Positions 25,155-37,063 of a stretch of 64,000 bases of DNA are shown here, in pieces (positions within the stretch are counted from its first letter, which is position 1; each line of letters opens with the position of its first letter). Under the pieces are notes generated by a model, which saw only the letters and a list, made by a program, of their open reading frames with translations, had not been told where the DNA came from and did not search any database. The DNA is from Trichodelitschia bisporula (taxonomy: Eukaryota): contig ML996690.1 of the NCBI GenBank assembly GCA_010356995.1, positions 1,458,217 through 1,522,216 on the forward strand, read 5' to 3'. The translations under genes were made by a program, and so were the position numbers.

Positions 25155-26997
25155 ATGGAATCCCTCCACAACACTGAGTGGGATGTCCTTATTGCAGGCA
25201 CCGGATTGCCTCAGTCTCTGCTCGCTTTGTACTTACCTTTGAGTCTTCAAGACAGTAAATCGAACTAACACAGTGTCTAAGGGCCTTATCCCGCTCCGGG
25301 AAGAGAGTACTTCATGTTGACAAGAATGACTACTATGGTGGTCCCCAGGCTGTGCTCAGCACTCAGGAAGCTGAGGCCTGGGTGATGAATACGAACGGTG
25401 CGTCTTTGAAGGTTCTAAGAACTCCATCTGGTTGCTTACTTGCACAGCTGGTACGTCGCTATTCAGCGATGCTGCTCTGTCAATACCAACACCCAACCCA
25501 TCCCATGGCTCGCCGAAGCTCTCCTTCCCTCGAGCATACAGTCTTGCTCTTGCTCCGCAGCTCATATACACCCAATCAGGATTACTATCATATCTCCTGT
25601 CTTCAAAGGTGTACCGACAGCTGGAGTTCCTTGCCATGGGAAGCTGGTGGATATATTCACCCCAGGCGTTGAATCTTGAAGCGCCGTCGGGATCTCCGCC
25701 GTCACCCGGGCAGCTTATTCGGATTCCTGCGACTCGTGAGGATGTCGCCTTCTCAGACACTGGCATTGACCTGCGTTCTAAGCGCGCCGTGATGAAGGTT
25801 CTACGCTTCGTGATGGATTACGAGAACCAAGCCGAAGTGTGGCAGCCATACAGTTCAAAGCCACTGTCGGATCTTCTCACGCACTGCTTGAAGCTCCCGT
25901 CCTCGCTCCACAGTTTGTTCCTGGCTTTGACCCTCACACTCGACAAGCCCCAGAGAACCACCACATCCTATGCCTTGCCAAGAATCGCCAGGCACCTACG
26001 CTCTATGGGACGCCTTGGAGCAGGATTCAGTGCCGTCATTCCAAAGTGGGGTGGTATGTCTGAGCTTACTCAAGTCGCGTGCCGAGCAGGTGCTGTCGGC
26101 GGCGGTGTCTATGTCCTCGGCAAAGGGATCACAACCCTTTCAACAGAGGCGGAATCGACAAGCGTGCTTCTCGGAAATCACGACACTATCCGCACCAAGT
26201 GGATTGTCGGCGCTCCCGATGACCTTGGGCCTTGTACAGGTTGCCCTGTGTCAAGCAGCGTGGCTGCTGAGATTACCTCGCGCTCAATAGCCATTGTTTC
26301 ATCATCATTGGAGTCACTCTTTCCGACAACGTTCGAAGGATCCCCTAAACCTGCCGGGGCCGTGGTGGTTTTCCCTGTGGGAAGCCTTGGTCAATCTCAG
26401 CATCTTCAAGACAACCCAGTCTATCTTCTTGTCCACTCCAGCGATACTGGGGAATGCCCCGTTGGTCAAAGTACGTACCTTCCTTCCTTTATTTCTGCAT
26501 TGCCTCGCATGATGATTGATTTACGAATACTTATCTACATTGTCTGTAACTTCATTGATGACATATATCTCTGACAACCTGATGCGAACCTTTTTGCCTT
26601 GTTTGCTCATTAAGTCTGACTCAGCATATGTGCTAATAAAGACCACTTAGGTATCATCTACGGCTTTTGCTGCGGAGAATCGCAAGGGTTGCTTGAAAGT
26701 GCAATTGCGACACTTCTCACCGCTGTCAATGAGCCTTCAACACCCCATATCTTATGGTCGCTGCAGTTTAAACAGCACCATCCTACAGATTCCAATCAAG
26801 CTACAAGTCAGAATTTTGCTGAAGCGACACAAGTTCTTTCATTTCCTCCCCCCTCTTCGGACCTTGTGTTTGATGACTCGATTCTTGACTCCGTAAAATC
26901 AGTCTGGGAACGGATAACCGAGAGCGACGCGGATAGAGGAGACTTTCTCGTGTTCGGCGAACGCGGGGCTTTGGGGGAGGAGTATGATGAGGCATGA
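25155..26997 (+). CDS. MRS6: Rab escort protein / Rab geranylgeranyltransferase component A
   Basis: [75 protein letters not shown]; three introns. Confidence 0.92.
26505..26587 (+). ncRNA. Intronic box C/D snoRNA, snR62/U34(SNORD34)-like
   Basis: Inside the 180-nt last intron of the Rab escort gene: C box ATGATGA 26509-15, guide CTTATCTACATTGT 26530-43 (complementary to LSU rRNA ACAAUGUAGAUAAG, recalled from memory), C' TTGATGA 26555-61, D box CTGA 26579-82, terminal stem TCGCA/TGCGA. Confidence 0.85.
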
Positions 26998-27201
26998 CAA
27001 CACTGTAGCTCACATGGCGCCGGGAGCCCAGCGTTCCAGTTAATAGAAGATTTTATTCAGTTATGAGATTCTACCTTTCTCAGTGCAATCGCGGCAACCT
27101 TGTCGCTTGAACTCTCGGAACGCCAAGTCATGACTCTCATAATCTAGAGCTGATGACTCCGCCGCTCTCGTTATGTAGAGGCGGGTCACTTGCACGCAAG
27201 C

Positions 27202-27848
27202 TTATGAGTCCCGACTCTCTGCGCTGCCCTCTGCATCCGTTCCTTCCGTTTCCTTGGCCATTTCACGCGCGAACCATTCAGCCTCCTTGCTCATCTCTTC
27301 CTCGTTCCTGGGTTTCCTATCGGTATCGGGGACGACAGGAAACTTTGATCTCTGCCGCTTGGCAGCGTGGTGCATGCGCAAATGCGCACCCACATCCCCC
27401 TCCTCGCCGTCAAGCAAATCGTACAGGACATCGCCGCCCCCTTGATCCGCCAAATCGTCTTGCGAGCGGGGAATGATGTGTGCATGCACATGAGGCACCG
27501 TCTGGCCCGCGGCCACGCCGTCCTGGACGGCAACATTGAGGGCGGCGGCGCCGTATACACGCTCCAGCATTCGGCCGACGCGCTGCACGGTGGTGAAGAG
27601 GTCGGCGACCTCGGCGGGGCTCAGGTCCCGCAGGCGGGGGACGGGCCGCAAGGGACTGACAAGGACGTGGCCTGGCAGGATGGGCTTGAGATTTACGAGG
27701 GCGAAGGAGAGGGGTGTAGTGTGGAAGACCTGGACATGGCGTTAAGATAGCAATGTGGCGGGATGAAGCGGAGAGGGTGATGTACTTGGGGAGTCACGAG
27801 GAATTGACCGAAGTAGATGGTACGCGATTTGGGGATGAGGGGCGACAT
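27202..27848 (-). CDS. HNT2: Bis(5'-adenosyl)-triphosphatase (Fhit family HIT protein)
   Basis: IYFGQFLVTPQ/VF..., VNLKPILPGHVLV, QDGVAAGQTVPHVHAHIIPR HIT motif; one intron. Confidence 0.92.
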
Positions 27849-28052
27849 GATGGGTAGTGGACGAAAGAATGGAGTTGAGGTTCAATACGGATGTACGGAT
27901 GTATATCTTTACTATCGCTTTGCTAGTAAATGCGTGCGGTGATGCATGCCCGTGCTAGCTGAGTGTTGGATAGCGTGACGTAACTCTCCAAGGCACAGTA
28001 CGGCACTGTGCGAAGTGCTCAAAATTACTCCGTAGACAGGACTAAAGAGTAT

Positions 28053-28062
28053 CCGATGTCGG
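28053..28062. promoter_or_regulatory. Putative Leu3/LeuB binding site CCG-N4-CGG upstream of LEU4
   Basis: CCGATGTCGG matches the CCGN4CGG consensus, about 530 bp upstream of the isopropylmalate synthase ATG. Confidence 0.45.
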
Positions 28063-28587
28063 AGAGGGAGCCCGGAAGGCTGAATTTGTTCACCAGTCAT
28101 TAATCGCGGTGGGTGACGCACAGCAAGCGCCCCAAAGGAGTATCCTTGCTACATTTCCCCATGTCACGCAACTCAAGGTGAAGCAAAGAAAAAAAAGGCG
28201 GGGAAGAGGCTTTCGGTCGCCTTCACGTTTTCTCATGCTTCATCGATTTGCGGGGCTGTAGCCAATAATTGCCCGTTTGGCCTTTGCCGCCCCATGTGGG
28301 GCACGGGTTCTGTGACTCTTTTTTTTCTCCCCCCCAAAAACCACCGCACTCCCCGCCCCTCCAACCCCACCAAAGTCCAACCTGTACCAGTCACTCTCTA
28401 CTGTAGTCTTTACTCAGACTCCTCCTCTCGACTCCTCCTCTAGACTCCTCACGCTCCCCATCCCCCGCCCCAAGTTACCCGCTCATCCCAATTTCCCATC
28501 CCTCTCTAACGCATCAGCTTCGAATTGAAATCCCCCCTCTGAAAGCAAGACTGCCTCCAAGGCCCTAATATCAAATCCACCTTCGCC

Positions 28588-30579
28588 ATGCCCATGCTCA
28601 AGGATCCGTCTAAGAAATACCGGGCCTTCAAGCCTCTACAGCTTCCCAACCGGCAATGGCCCTCGCGGACCATCGACAAGCCGCCGCGGTGGCTGTCGAC
28701 GGATTTGCGTGACGGAAACCAGAGCCTCGTGGATCCCATGGTACGCAGCTGTCTGGGCATGTCGCCGGTGGCAAGGCTGTCTCCAACTCTTCTCGCAGGC
28801 TGACTATCTGCTTGCAGGACGGCGACCAAAAGTTCACCTACTTCCAAATGCTCGTCAAGCTCGGCTACAAGGAGATTGAAGTCTCATTCCCCTCCGCCTC
28901 ACAAACGGACTTCGACTTCACACGGCGCTTGGTGGAGACGCCGGGTATTGTGCCAGACGATGTGTGGTTGCAAGTCTTGTCGCCGTGCCGCAAGGAGCTA
29001 ATTGCACGCACCGTCGAGTCGCTCCGTGGCGCAAAGAAGGCCCTGCTTCACCTGTATCTCGCTACCAGCGCGTGCTTCCAGCAGGTGGTCTTCGGAATGA
29101 CGAACGAAGAGCAGATCGCGCTGGCCATTGAGTGCACGAAGTACGCCCGGTCCTTGACCAAGGACGACCCCAACCAGGCCGGTACCGAATGGGCCTACGA
29201 GTTTTCGCCCGAGACCTTCTCCGACTCCGACCCCGATTTCGTCCTACAAGTCTGCGAAGCCGTCAAGGCGGCGTGGGAGCCAACAGTCGAGAACCCCATC
29301 ATCTTCAACCTGCCAGCGACCGTCGAGATGAGCACCCCCAACGTGTACGCCGACCAGATCGAATACTTTTGCCGCAGCATCTCGGAGCGCGAAAAGATCT
29401 GCGTCTCGCTCCACCCGCACAATGATCGCGGCTGTGCCGTTGCGGCCGCTGAGCTCGCGCAGATGGCGGGCGCCGACCGGGTCGAGGGCACCCTCTTTGG
29501 CAACGGCGAGCGCACCGGCAATGTGGACCTGGTGACATTGGCGCTCAACCTGTACACTCAGGGAGTGCACCCCGGTATCGACTTCTCAGACATCAAGAGC
29601 GTCATTGATGTCGTCGAAAAGAGCAACAAAATTCCGGTGCACGCGCGTGCGCCGTACGGCGGCCAGCTCGTTGTATGCGCCTTCAGTGGCTCGCATCAGG
29701 ATGCAATCAAGAAGGGCTTCCAGATGCGGGCGCAGCAGGGCGCGACCAACGATTCGCCCTGGCGCGTGCCCTACCTGCCACTTGATCCCGCCGACATCGG
29801 CCGTACCTACGAGGCCATCATCCGGGTTAACTCCCAGAGCGGCAAGGGCGGCGTGGCGTGGATCATCCACCGCAATCTGGAGCTCGACCTTCCGCGCGGA
29901 TTGCAGGTGGCCTTCTCGAAGATCGTGCAAAAGGAAGCGGACGCCGTTGGCCGCGAGCTGTTGCCAAACGAGATCGTCAAGCTCTTCGCCGACGCCTATC
30001 ACCTGAAGCAGAACCAACGCTTCGAACTCGTCGACTACGACATCACTGCTGACAGGTCCGTTTCGCCCGCGCCGCCCGAGCCGGGCAAGACGCCATCGTC
30101 GCGCAACCTGAAGCGCATGTTCAAGGGCATCATCGCCATTGACGGTCAAGAGCACTCGATTCGCGGTGTAGGTAACGGCGCCATCTCGTCGCTCGCGAAT
30201 GCGCTCAAGACCCTTGGCATCGATCTCGACGTTGCTGACTATAAGGAGCATGCTATTGGTGAGGGACGTGACGTCAAGGCGGCCACATTCATCGAGTGCA
30301 CGGCAGCCAACTCGAGCCAGAAGGTGTGGGGTGTGGGTATCCATGAGGACGTGGTACAGGCTTCACTTATCGCGCTTCTCAGCGCGGCCAGCTCGGTATG
30401 TTCATTTTTTGCCCTTTATTCTCGTCAGGTACTGATCATTATATAAGTTCCTCTCCAGTCGTCCCAGTACACCCATTCCTTTCCGCCCCAAGCGGTCTAA
30501 CACGGCGACGCTCCCGACGCCGGAGCTGTCGCCCTTGAGACAAGTAGTAGCCCGGTTGGAAGACGAAGCAGCGAAGTAG
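28588..30579 (+). CDS. LEU4: 2-isopropylmalate synthase
   Basis: [51 protein letters not shown]; introns 28741-28817 and 30397-30447. Confidence 0.97.
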
Positions 30580-30584
30580 TAGCG

Positions 30585-30629
30585 TTGTAGAAAAGCAAAT
30601 GGAATGTTTTCTCACAGCCTACGTGAGAT
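30585..30629 (+). repeat. Left copy of ~45-bp direct repeat (partner 33352-33396)
   Basis: TTGTAGAAA-AGCAAATGGAATGTTTTCTCACAGCCTACGTGAGAT versus TTGTAGAAACAGCAAATATCATGTTTATC-GTAGCCTACGTGAGAT; last 14 nt identical. Confidence 0.85.
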
Positions 30630-30630
30630 C

Positions 30631-30762
30631 AGCCGCGCTCATCAAGCCACACGTCAAGACGCTCTTCAAGTCGTCCTTGGAGCCGTCCATCAGGCCGTTC
30701 CTTCAAGCCGCTTATCGAGCAGCTCATCAAGCCGTTCGTCAAGCCGCGCTCATTAAGCCGCA
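30631..30762 (+). repeat. Array of degenerate ~12-bp (C)RTCAAGCCG motifs
   Basis: About 10 imperfect copies (atcaagcca, gtcaagacg, ttcaagtcg, ttcaagccg, atcaagccg, gtcaagccg, attaagccg); inverted copies (CGGCTTGACG-like) at 33225-33267 and 33339-33350. Confidence 0.75.
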
Positions 30763-31145
30763 CCCAGTATAATTATATTCGACGGGTCGGCTTATTCGAA
30801 AGATTCACAGAAGAAAGCCTGTAAATACGACATATTAGCCAAAAGCTCATAGCAGCTTAGCAGCTTAGCGCGGATAGTCGCGACTTCCAACCATGACGGT
30901 CGCGACTTCTAGAACTACTGCGGGTACGTAACCTTCACCAATGCACCACGCAACCCGCAACCTGCTTACGTACCTGCACCACGTTTTTACCATGCCTTCC
31001 TCTTTCTCGAACCTCGCCTTTCTGTGCCGTGGCACAAAAGTAGCTTCCACAAGTCATAAAACTCGATCGAAACCTACTGTCCCCCTCTCACCTCTCCATC
31101 CAACAGACGTCACCAACGGAACTACTACATACCAGTTCTGAGCCC

Positions 31146-33200
31146 ATGGCTTCTCCAGATAATCAAGTCACCCGCTCGGAGAAAGCTCTCAATCCAGAAA
31201 ACACACCTGCTAAGCCAAACGAAAAGGTTTCTTCTCGCTTCAGGACGACCGTCAGGAAAGACATGGATGACACGACGTTCCGTGAGCACCCGCACAAGCT
31301 CTGCAACTATCTGCTTCCGTTCGCATATTTTGTAGCGTAGTGGGAGAAACCGAGCACACTGAGCAGCAAACACGGCTGCGAGGCCGGTGTAATGATCGGT
31401 ATCTTCGAGAAAGAACCGTCAGCTCTGGCAAGCAACCCGGAAAGCGTGAATACTCACCGTCGTCAAGATGAAAGTCTTCCGTATGGCCACACCTTCTTGC
31501 AAGGCGTGCTTGTACGAAGTTCACCTTGCTCGAGAAAAAACTTGCCTGAGGGGCAGCTACAGAATTTGTGCGTGCAGCGGCCAAGTCCCAGCGTCATGTC
31601 CGAGGGACACCGGCCAGCGGCAAGACCACGCTCTCCCTGTTAATGCACCGAAATTTTTTCCAGAGCAACCAGCGGGTGGTCTTCATCCACAAATGGGACA
31701 CCGAAGTTTCTGCGTGGAATCATTTCGTTCGGTGCTGCCATGAGCAAGGATATACTGACATCGGCACCTGCAACATCAGAGAGGCCGACATTGCCTACCT
31801 CATCGATGACGCTCAGCTCACTTATGGCTCTGCTGACCTCTGGTATGGGCCGATCAAGACGCAAACCGCCTCGTATGTCGGCCCGCGGATCTGCCTCTTC
31901 TCGTCGTATGGAAGCCCTGTACAGGGTATTCCGTCGTGCGGGAATTGGACTCCAGCAACCCTTGCGCCCTGGAATCGTGTCTCCCTGTTGATTAAGGACG
32001 ACCCGTGTGCTCCGAAGGCAGCCTTGTTCTATAACAGGGCCGAGTTCGATGAAGTCGTTGACCGCTTCTGCTCCACCCCGCAGCGAGACTTCTCACTCGA
32101 CCCTAAGGCACGTAACGAAGTTTTTGAGTTGACGAACGGGCACCCCGGAGCGGTAAGCTCTATTCTAAGTTACATCTTCGAAGTAAGATCTTCTATTGAA
32201 CCCTTCACGAACGTCGGACTATCTGCTAACTAATCAAGCGCCTCAAACCGAGATTTCCTCTCCAGTCATCTTCAGTCGACTTTGATACTGCTTTCGGACT
32301 AATCAGCGATCACGAACGGATGCTTGCTTCCTTGGCTCGGTACCCTGTTGGGCAGTCTCTGCCTTACGCCGACCGTCACGAACGCGTTCAGGAACCACCA
32401 GTGGCAGATGTACTGCTGTCGGTTTTGTACAATGGGAGCGTGAAACAGACTGATGCTGAGCCGATACAGTACTGCTTCAGGCAGGGCTGGATCCAGGTGG
32501 AAGAGGTCAACAGAATGTCGGATTGCGTTTTTCCCTTAAAGCTGCATGCCTGGTAGATAATTCCGTCCCCAGCTTTTCAGAAACTAATCGATGTAGTTTT
32601 GTTCAACATGCCATCGCCAGCATCCTGAAGTTTTCTACGTTTCCGGATAGTCTGTACCCGAACGTCAAGGCGATTATACCTGTCATTGTCAAGAATATGT
32701 CAAGCGGGGTTCTCAGTGCTTGAACAAAAGGATTAAACGTCGGCATAGCCGTGGGTCGGTCGCTCCCCGAGGACGCGCTCAAGGTCGAGTTCATTCGAGC
32801 ATTCTGGAAGTTACGTTTGACTGCGCTCGTGGCCGAGTACGCCAACCGGTCCATCGGCCCGGGGTGCATCGACGTCTTCTTGCCGGCGCTCGGCTGGGCG
32901 GTTGAATTTCTTCGGGAAGGAGACCGCCTAACTTAGCACCTTGATCGCTTTCAACCGGGGGGGATGCATTACCCCTTTCTCCAGTCGGGTGTGATCAAAG
33001 ACTACATTGTTCTTGACTGTCGCTACACGCCTGGCCGCATCTGTAAGGATCGAGTTGAGCGGAATGTGTACATCTGCTGATATTTCTCAGGTTTGGACCA
33101 ACACCTGTGGAAGCTTGTCTTTGCGAGAGACTTTTCGAAAGTCCAAATCCTCGACGCGAGCTGCCAGCAGGTGGATTACTTTCAGTTGCTCTATGATTAA
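31146..33200 (+). pseudogene. P-loop NTPase + C-terminal PD-(D/E)xK-like nuclease (Crinkler/RHS-type NTPase-REase architecture), disrupted
   Basis: Walker A HVRGTPASGKTT, Walker B-like YLIDDAQLTY, LFSSYGSP, LTNGHPG; C-terminal PEDALKVEFIRA...GCIDVFLPALGWAVEFLREGDRL; in-frame TAG at 32934-36 and an apparent frameshift before Walker A; contains introns. 5' boundary uncertain. Confidence 0.7.
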
Positions 33201-33351
33201 TGAGGGCACGACGGATGCCGCAACCGCGGCTTGACGGTGGCGCTTGACGATGGCACTTGACGATGGCGTTATGGGTTACCCCGTTACGGTAGAGCTAGAG
33301 AGAATGCGATAATGATAGGGAACAAGCTCAGCCCGGAAGGGCTTGACGCCA

Positions 33352-33396
33352 TTGTAGAAACAGCAAATATCATGTTTATCGTAGCCTACGTGAGAT
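33352..33396 (+). repeat. Right copy of ~45-bp direct repeat (partner 30585-30629)
   Basis: See the left copy; about 80% identity by manual alignment. Confidence 0.85.
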
Positions 33397-33810
33397 TGGA
33401 CATTACCTTTGGGTGTTGGTAGATGAGAACATGACAATTGAAAAGTCGTGGCAGACTCTACTGCCCAGAAGCGGCAAAGACAAGGTCTCATGACTTTCCA
33501 GCCCCGCCCTGAAATCACGTGCGAAATGTTCGTACGTCACCACAGCGCCGATCGGCACTCGGGCCATCTCGTCGTGCGGGCGGCGAGAGTCAAAACGGAC
33601 AAAGTCAATTTTCATATCCCATCTCCGTCCAACGTCCTCTCTACTTCAACTCATCACCACAACCACTCTGTCACCTGCTATCAGTCTCTGTTTGCGACCA
33701 CCAACAACATCTGCAACCTGCAAACCTAGCTCTCGCAATCCCTCCGCTCAACCCCCACTCACCTCTACCCCACTCTTCAATTTCGCATATCGCCACCCGA
33801 ACTCGCAACC

Positions 33811-34496
33811 ATGTTCTCCCGCCTCATCACCCGCGTGCCCGCCATGGCCGCCCGCACCTCCACTGCCGTCAGCACTGTGCGTCCTGCTATCGCTGCACCT
33901 CGCACAGCAGCCGTGCGGCAGACACGGAGCTACCACGAGAAAGATAAGTAGCCCGAAGCCGGCCGAAGCCGGGCCGGTGACAACACCGCTAACACGTAGC
34001 ACTGCTCGATCACTACGAGCGTCCGCGTAACGTGGGATCTATGTCGCAGAAGGACACTGACGTCGGCACGGGGCTCGTCGGCGCCCCGGCATGCGGCGAC
34101 GTGATGAAGCTGCAGATCCGGGTCGACCCGGCGAGCAACACCATCAGCGATGTCAAGTTCAAGACGTTTGGGTGCGGTAGCGCAATCGCTAGCTCGAGCT
34201 ACCTGACCGAGCTGGTGCGGGGCATGAAGCTGGACGATGCGGCCAAGATCAAGAACAACGATATTGCGCGCGAATTGTGCCTGCCGCCTGTTAAGCGTGA
34301 GTTGTCATTGAGGGAGGGTTTTCTGTACGTGTTGCTGACCTGCGCAGTTCACTGCTCCATGCTCGCCGAGGATGCCATCAAGTCGGCCATCAACAACTAC
34401 TACACCAAGAACCCGCAAGCACGCAAGACCGATCTCGGCGGTACTAATGCCCCGCTCCCCAAGGTCGAAATTGAAACCGCGTCGGCGGCTGCCTAG
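33811..34496 (+). CDS. ISU1: Mitochondrial Fe-S scaffold Isu1/IscU
   Basis: Presequence MFSRLITR..., YHEK/VLDHYERPRNVG, GAPACGDVMKLQI, FKTFGCGSAIAS, LPPVK/LHC; introns 33944-34002 (AT-AC) and 34297-34347. Confidence 0.97.
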
Positions 34497-35381
34497 ATTG
34501 CTACATCAAGGAAACGTTACGCAAGTGGGCGAAGATTGTATGTAAAATCGGTGGAGAGTGGCACTCTCGTATCATCTCTGGCGTTGGCGTCGTGCTGCGG
34601 GTGGGCTTTTTTTGCGGCTCCTTTGGTGGCGGGAGGAGGCTCGACAGGCTTTTAGCGGGCTACCTATGTTTACGGTAACATGCGCTTTTCGAGGTGGCTC
34701 GGATGTTTCAATATCAATTGCCTTGCCTTGCGGCACGTTTGAAAGAAGTTCGGACTGAGCTGAAGTGTACATACTTACCTCTACCAACTTCGAGTCGCTT
34801 GTTGCGTGCAGTACGGGTAGCCAAATGTGTAGGCGTGCGAGCTATCTGCTCAAGCCGGATATATTGAATGACACGTACATTCGTACTGGCCCTGGCGATG
34901 CAAATCTGGATGGAAGGTGAACGTGAGAGGCAAGGCCAGGTGTGCGACGGCTTCAATACCGTCCCACCGGCTGGGTCGCCCGACATCACGCCACCCTTTT
35001 CATCCTTGACGCTGCGATTCATGGGTTGCGTGCAAATAATTTGTTCCGACCTGGAGGTATTCCATTAACATGCAAGCGAAACGGTTTGTTCACCTATGTG
35101 CCATGGTATCCCTTACGCAGACTAATAATGCGAATACTCATGGCTCATTCTATCCATTTTGCCATTTGGCTTGGCTATTTGTGCTGCAACGGCTGGCGAG
35201 GCCCTCCATGTTCACGACGCACTACATCTGCAGTGCAAGCTGTCACTGGGCAATTCACGCACTAGGATTTCACGACACCAAGTTCATCATCGCAGGCCAT
35301 TTCGTGCATTCCTTGGTACTAAGCTCTATGATCTATACCGAACGCATCCAACAAAGGCCACACATAGCCAAAGCAACCAGC

Positions 35382-37063
35382 TCACTGGAGCAGATGGTCC
35401 TGACATCATTAGCAACACTCTCAAGCAAAATAACAGTTGTACTTACCCGGTAGTGCTTTTGCGAATTGCCCTTCAAGTCCGTTCGCCACTGTTGCTTCGC
35501 CTGCGCACGATCCTGTTGCTTCTTCGACCGCTTCTCCACGGCACGAACCTCGCGCTTCTTCGCCTCGCTAACCGATACCATGCCCAGACCGCCTTCGGCA
35601 CGGCTAACGAGTTGTCGGCCGCGATCGTGCCCGCGCGGCGCTGGTTCCTCGTCGCTCTCTTCGTCACCTTCGGTCAGAGCAAGCTGGGCGCGCTCATCGG
35701 GCGTCGGATAATTGTGCAGGTTCTGGCGGAAGTAGCGGTTTAGGCTGCGGTGGCCAGCGACGCGACCCGTCGGGAGATGCAGCTCAAACTCGTCATGGTA
35801 CACGGCATGAGGTGTGGGATGTGCGTGGCTGTGGTACCCGTCGACGCTCTGGTGGCGGCGATGTTGACCGTGGGAGTGGTGGGGGTGCGTCTTGAGCCGA
35901 TCGCGAAGGCGCTCACGGTCCCCATCGCAATAGACTGGCCCCAGTTCTTCGGTTGGCACGTCAGAAACGGTGCTTGATGTTTCCCAGCCGGCGTCCTCGC
36001 CCTCCTGACCGCTCGACCCATCTTCGACCTTTGGCACCCGCTTCGCCCCCAGCTTGGCGCCCACACTCGGGGCTTCGTCCTCATCCTCCTCTGTCTCATA
36101 ATCGTCGTCTGAGTACGTACTCCGGAAGTCGTAATACTCTCCAATCTCCAACTGCTCCTTCTGACTGTCGAAGGCAATCTTGCAATGGCTGAGGTCCCGC
36201 ATATGCGTTTTAATCCCGCTCTCCGACCACTTCAACCGGTTGCAGTAAAGACATTGGTACTCCTCGTTGACCTTGCTGCTGAGATATGTGATCAAACCCT
36301 CGGCATCAACGAGAAACTCGCGCTCCGGGATGAACATGCCGTGAACCTTCTGCATGTGGTCGAGGTTCTCCGCCAGTGAAGGCGATGAGACAGTGCAGAA
36401 TAAGCACTCGAGAAGCGGATCGCGCATGACCGGAGGGGTCTGCGCCGTCTCAGTAGAAGCGCGCGATAAAGGATGTGGGGCCCGGTCGTCCGCAGCAGAA
36501 TGGTGAGGCCGAGTGGGACGCCGTGACACCGGCTCGGGCGCATTCTCCAGCGTCGTATCCTTGAGATTCTTTGCAATCTGCGAAAACTCCTCTTCCTCTT
36601 CTTCCCCAATCGTGGCCCCCACCGGTGTTTTGTCCAAGGGCTCCCCAAGAGAGAAAGTCGAGCTTATGACGGAAGTGGCATCGTTGTCTTTCCGGGCCTT
36701 CTCTCCAGTGCGCATAACATTCAACCGGTGCTTCTGGCTAGCTTGGTGGTTGATGTATGTGTTTTCGCTGTAAAACTTCTTCTGACAGGCGTCACACGTT
36801 TTTTCATATGCGGCGCGCACGGCAGTGGCGGCTGCGTTTGCTTTGCTCGCAAGGACCTTATCGGCAAAAACCTCAGATGAAAGGGGGGGAAGGGATGCAA
36901 CACGGCGCTTCAAATTATACCGGCTGGGCAGAATGAGTATTTGCTCCGAGTGTCAAACGGTGACTTACTGCCAATCACTCTGCATGTGCGTGCGCTGCAG
37001 CTCGCTAGACCGGAACGCAACCTGGCAGGTGTTGCAGGTGAAGGGATGAGCGTCGGGAGCCAT
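35382..37063 (-). CDS. REI1: Pre-60S zinc-finger factor Rei1/Reh1 (ZNF622)
   Basis: FTCNTCQVAFRSSELQRTHMQSDW/HRYNLKRRVASLPP, CLFC, HGMFIPE, LHLPTGRVAGHRSL, C-terminal QKHYR/DHLLQ; two introns. Confidence 0.94.

Noticed and set aside
2404..30344. Long antisense or alternate-frame ORFs (e.g. 2404-3333, 11684-12499, 29586-30344)
   Set aside because: Shadow frames of GC3-rich real genes, with no recognisable motifs.
30631..30762. CRISPR-like short repeat array
   Set aside because: Eukaryotic DNA, about 12-bp degenerate units with no spacers and no cas genes.
33944..34002. U12 minor-spliceosome intron
   Set aside because: The donor is ATAAGT rather than ATATCCT and the branch point is GCTAAC rather than TCCTTAAC; it is U2-type.
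34771..34780. ATACTTACCT resembling the U1 snRNA 5' end
   Set aside because: No U1-70K loop (GATCAC/GATCAA), stem-loops or Sm site follow; more simply a minus-strand donor-like AGGTAAGTAT.
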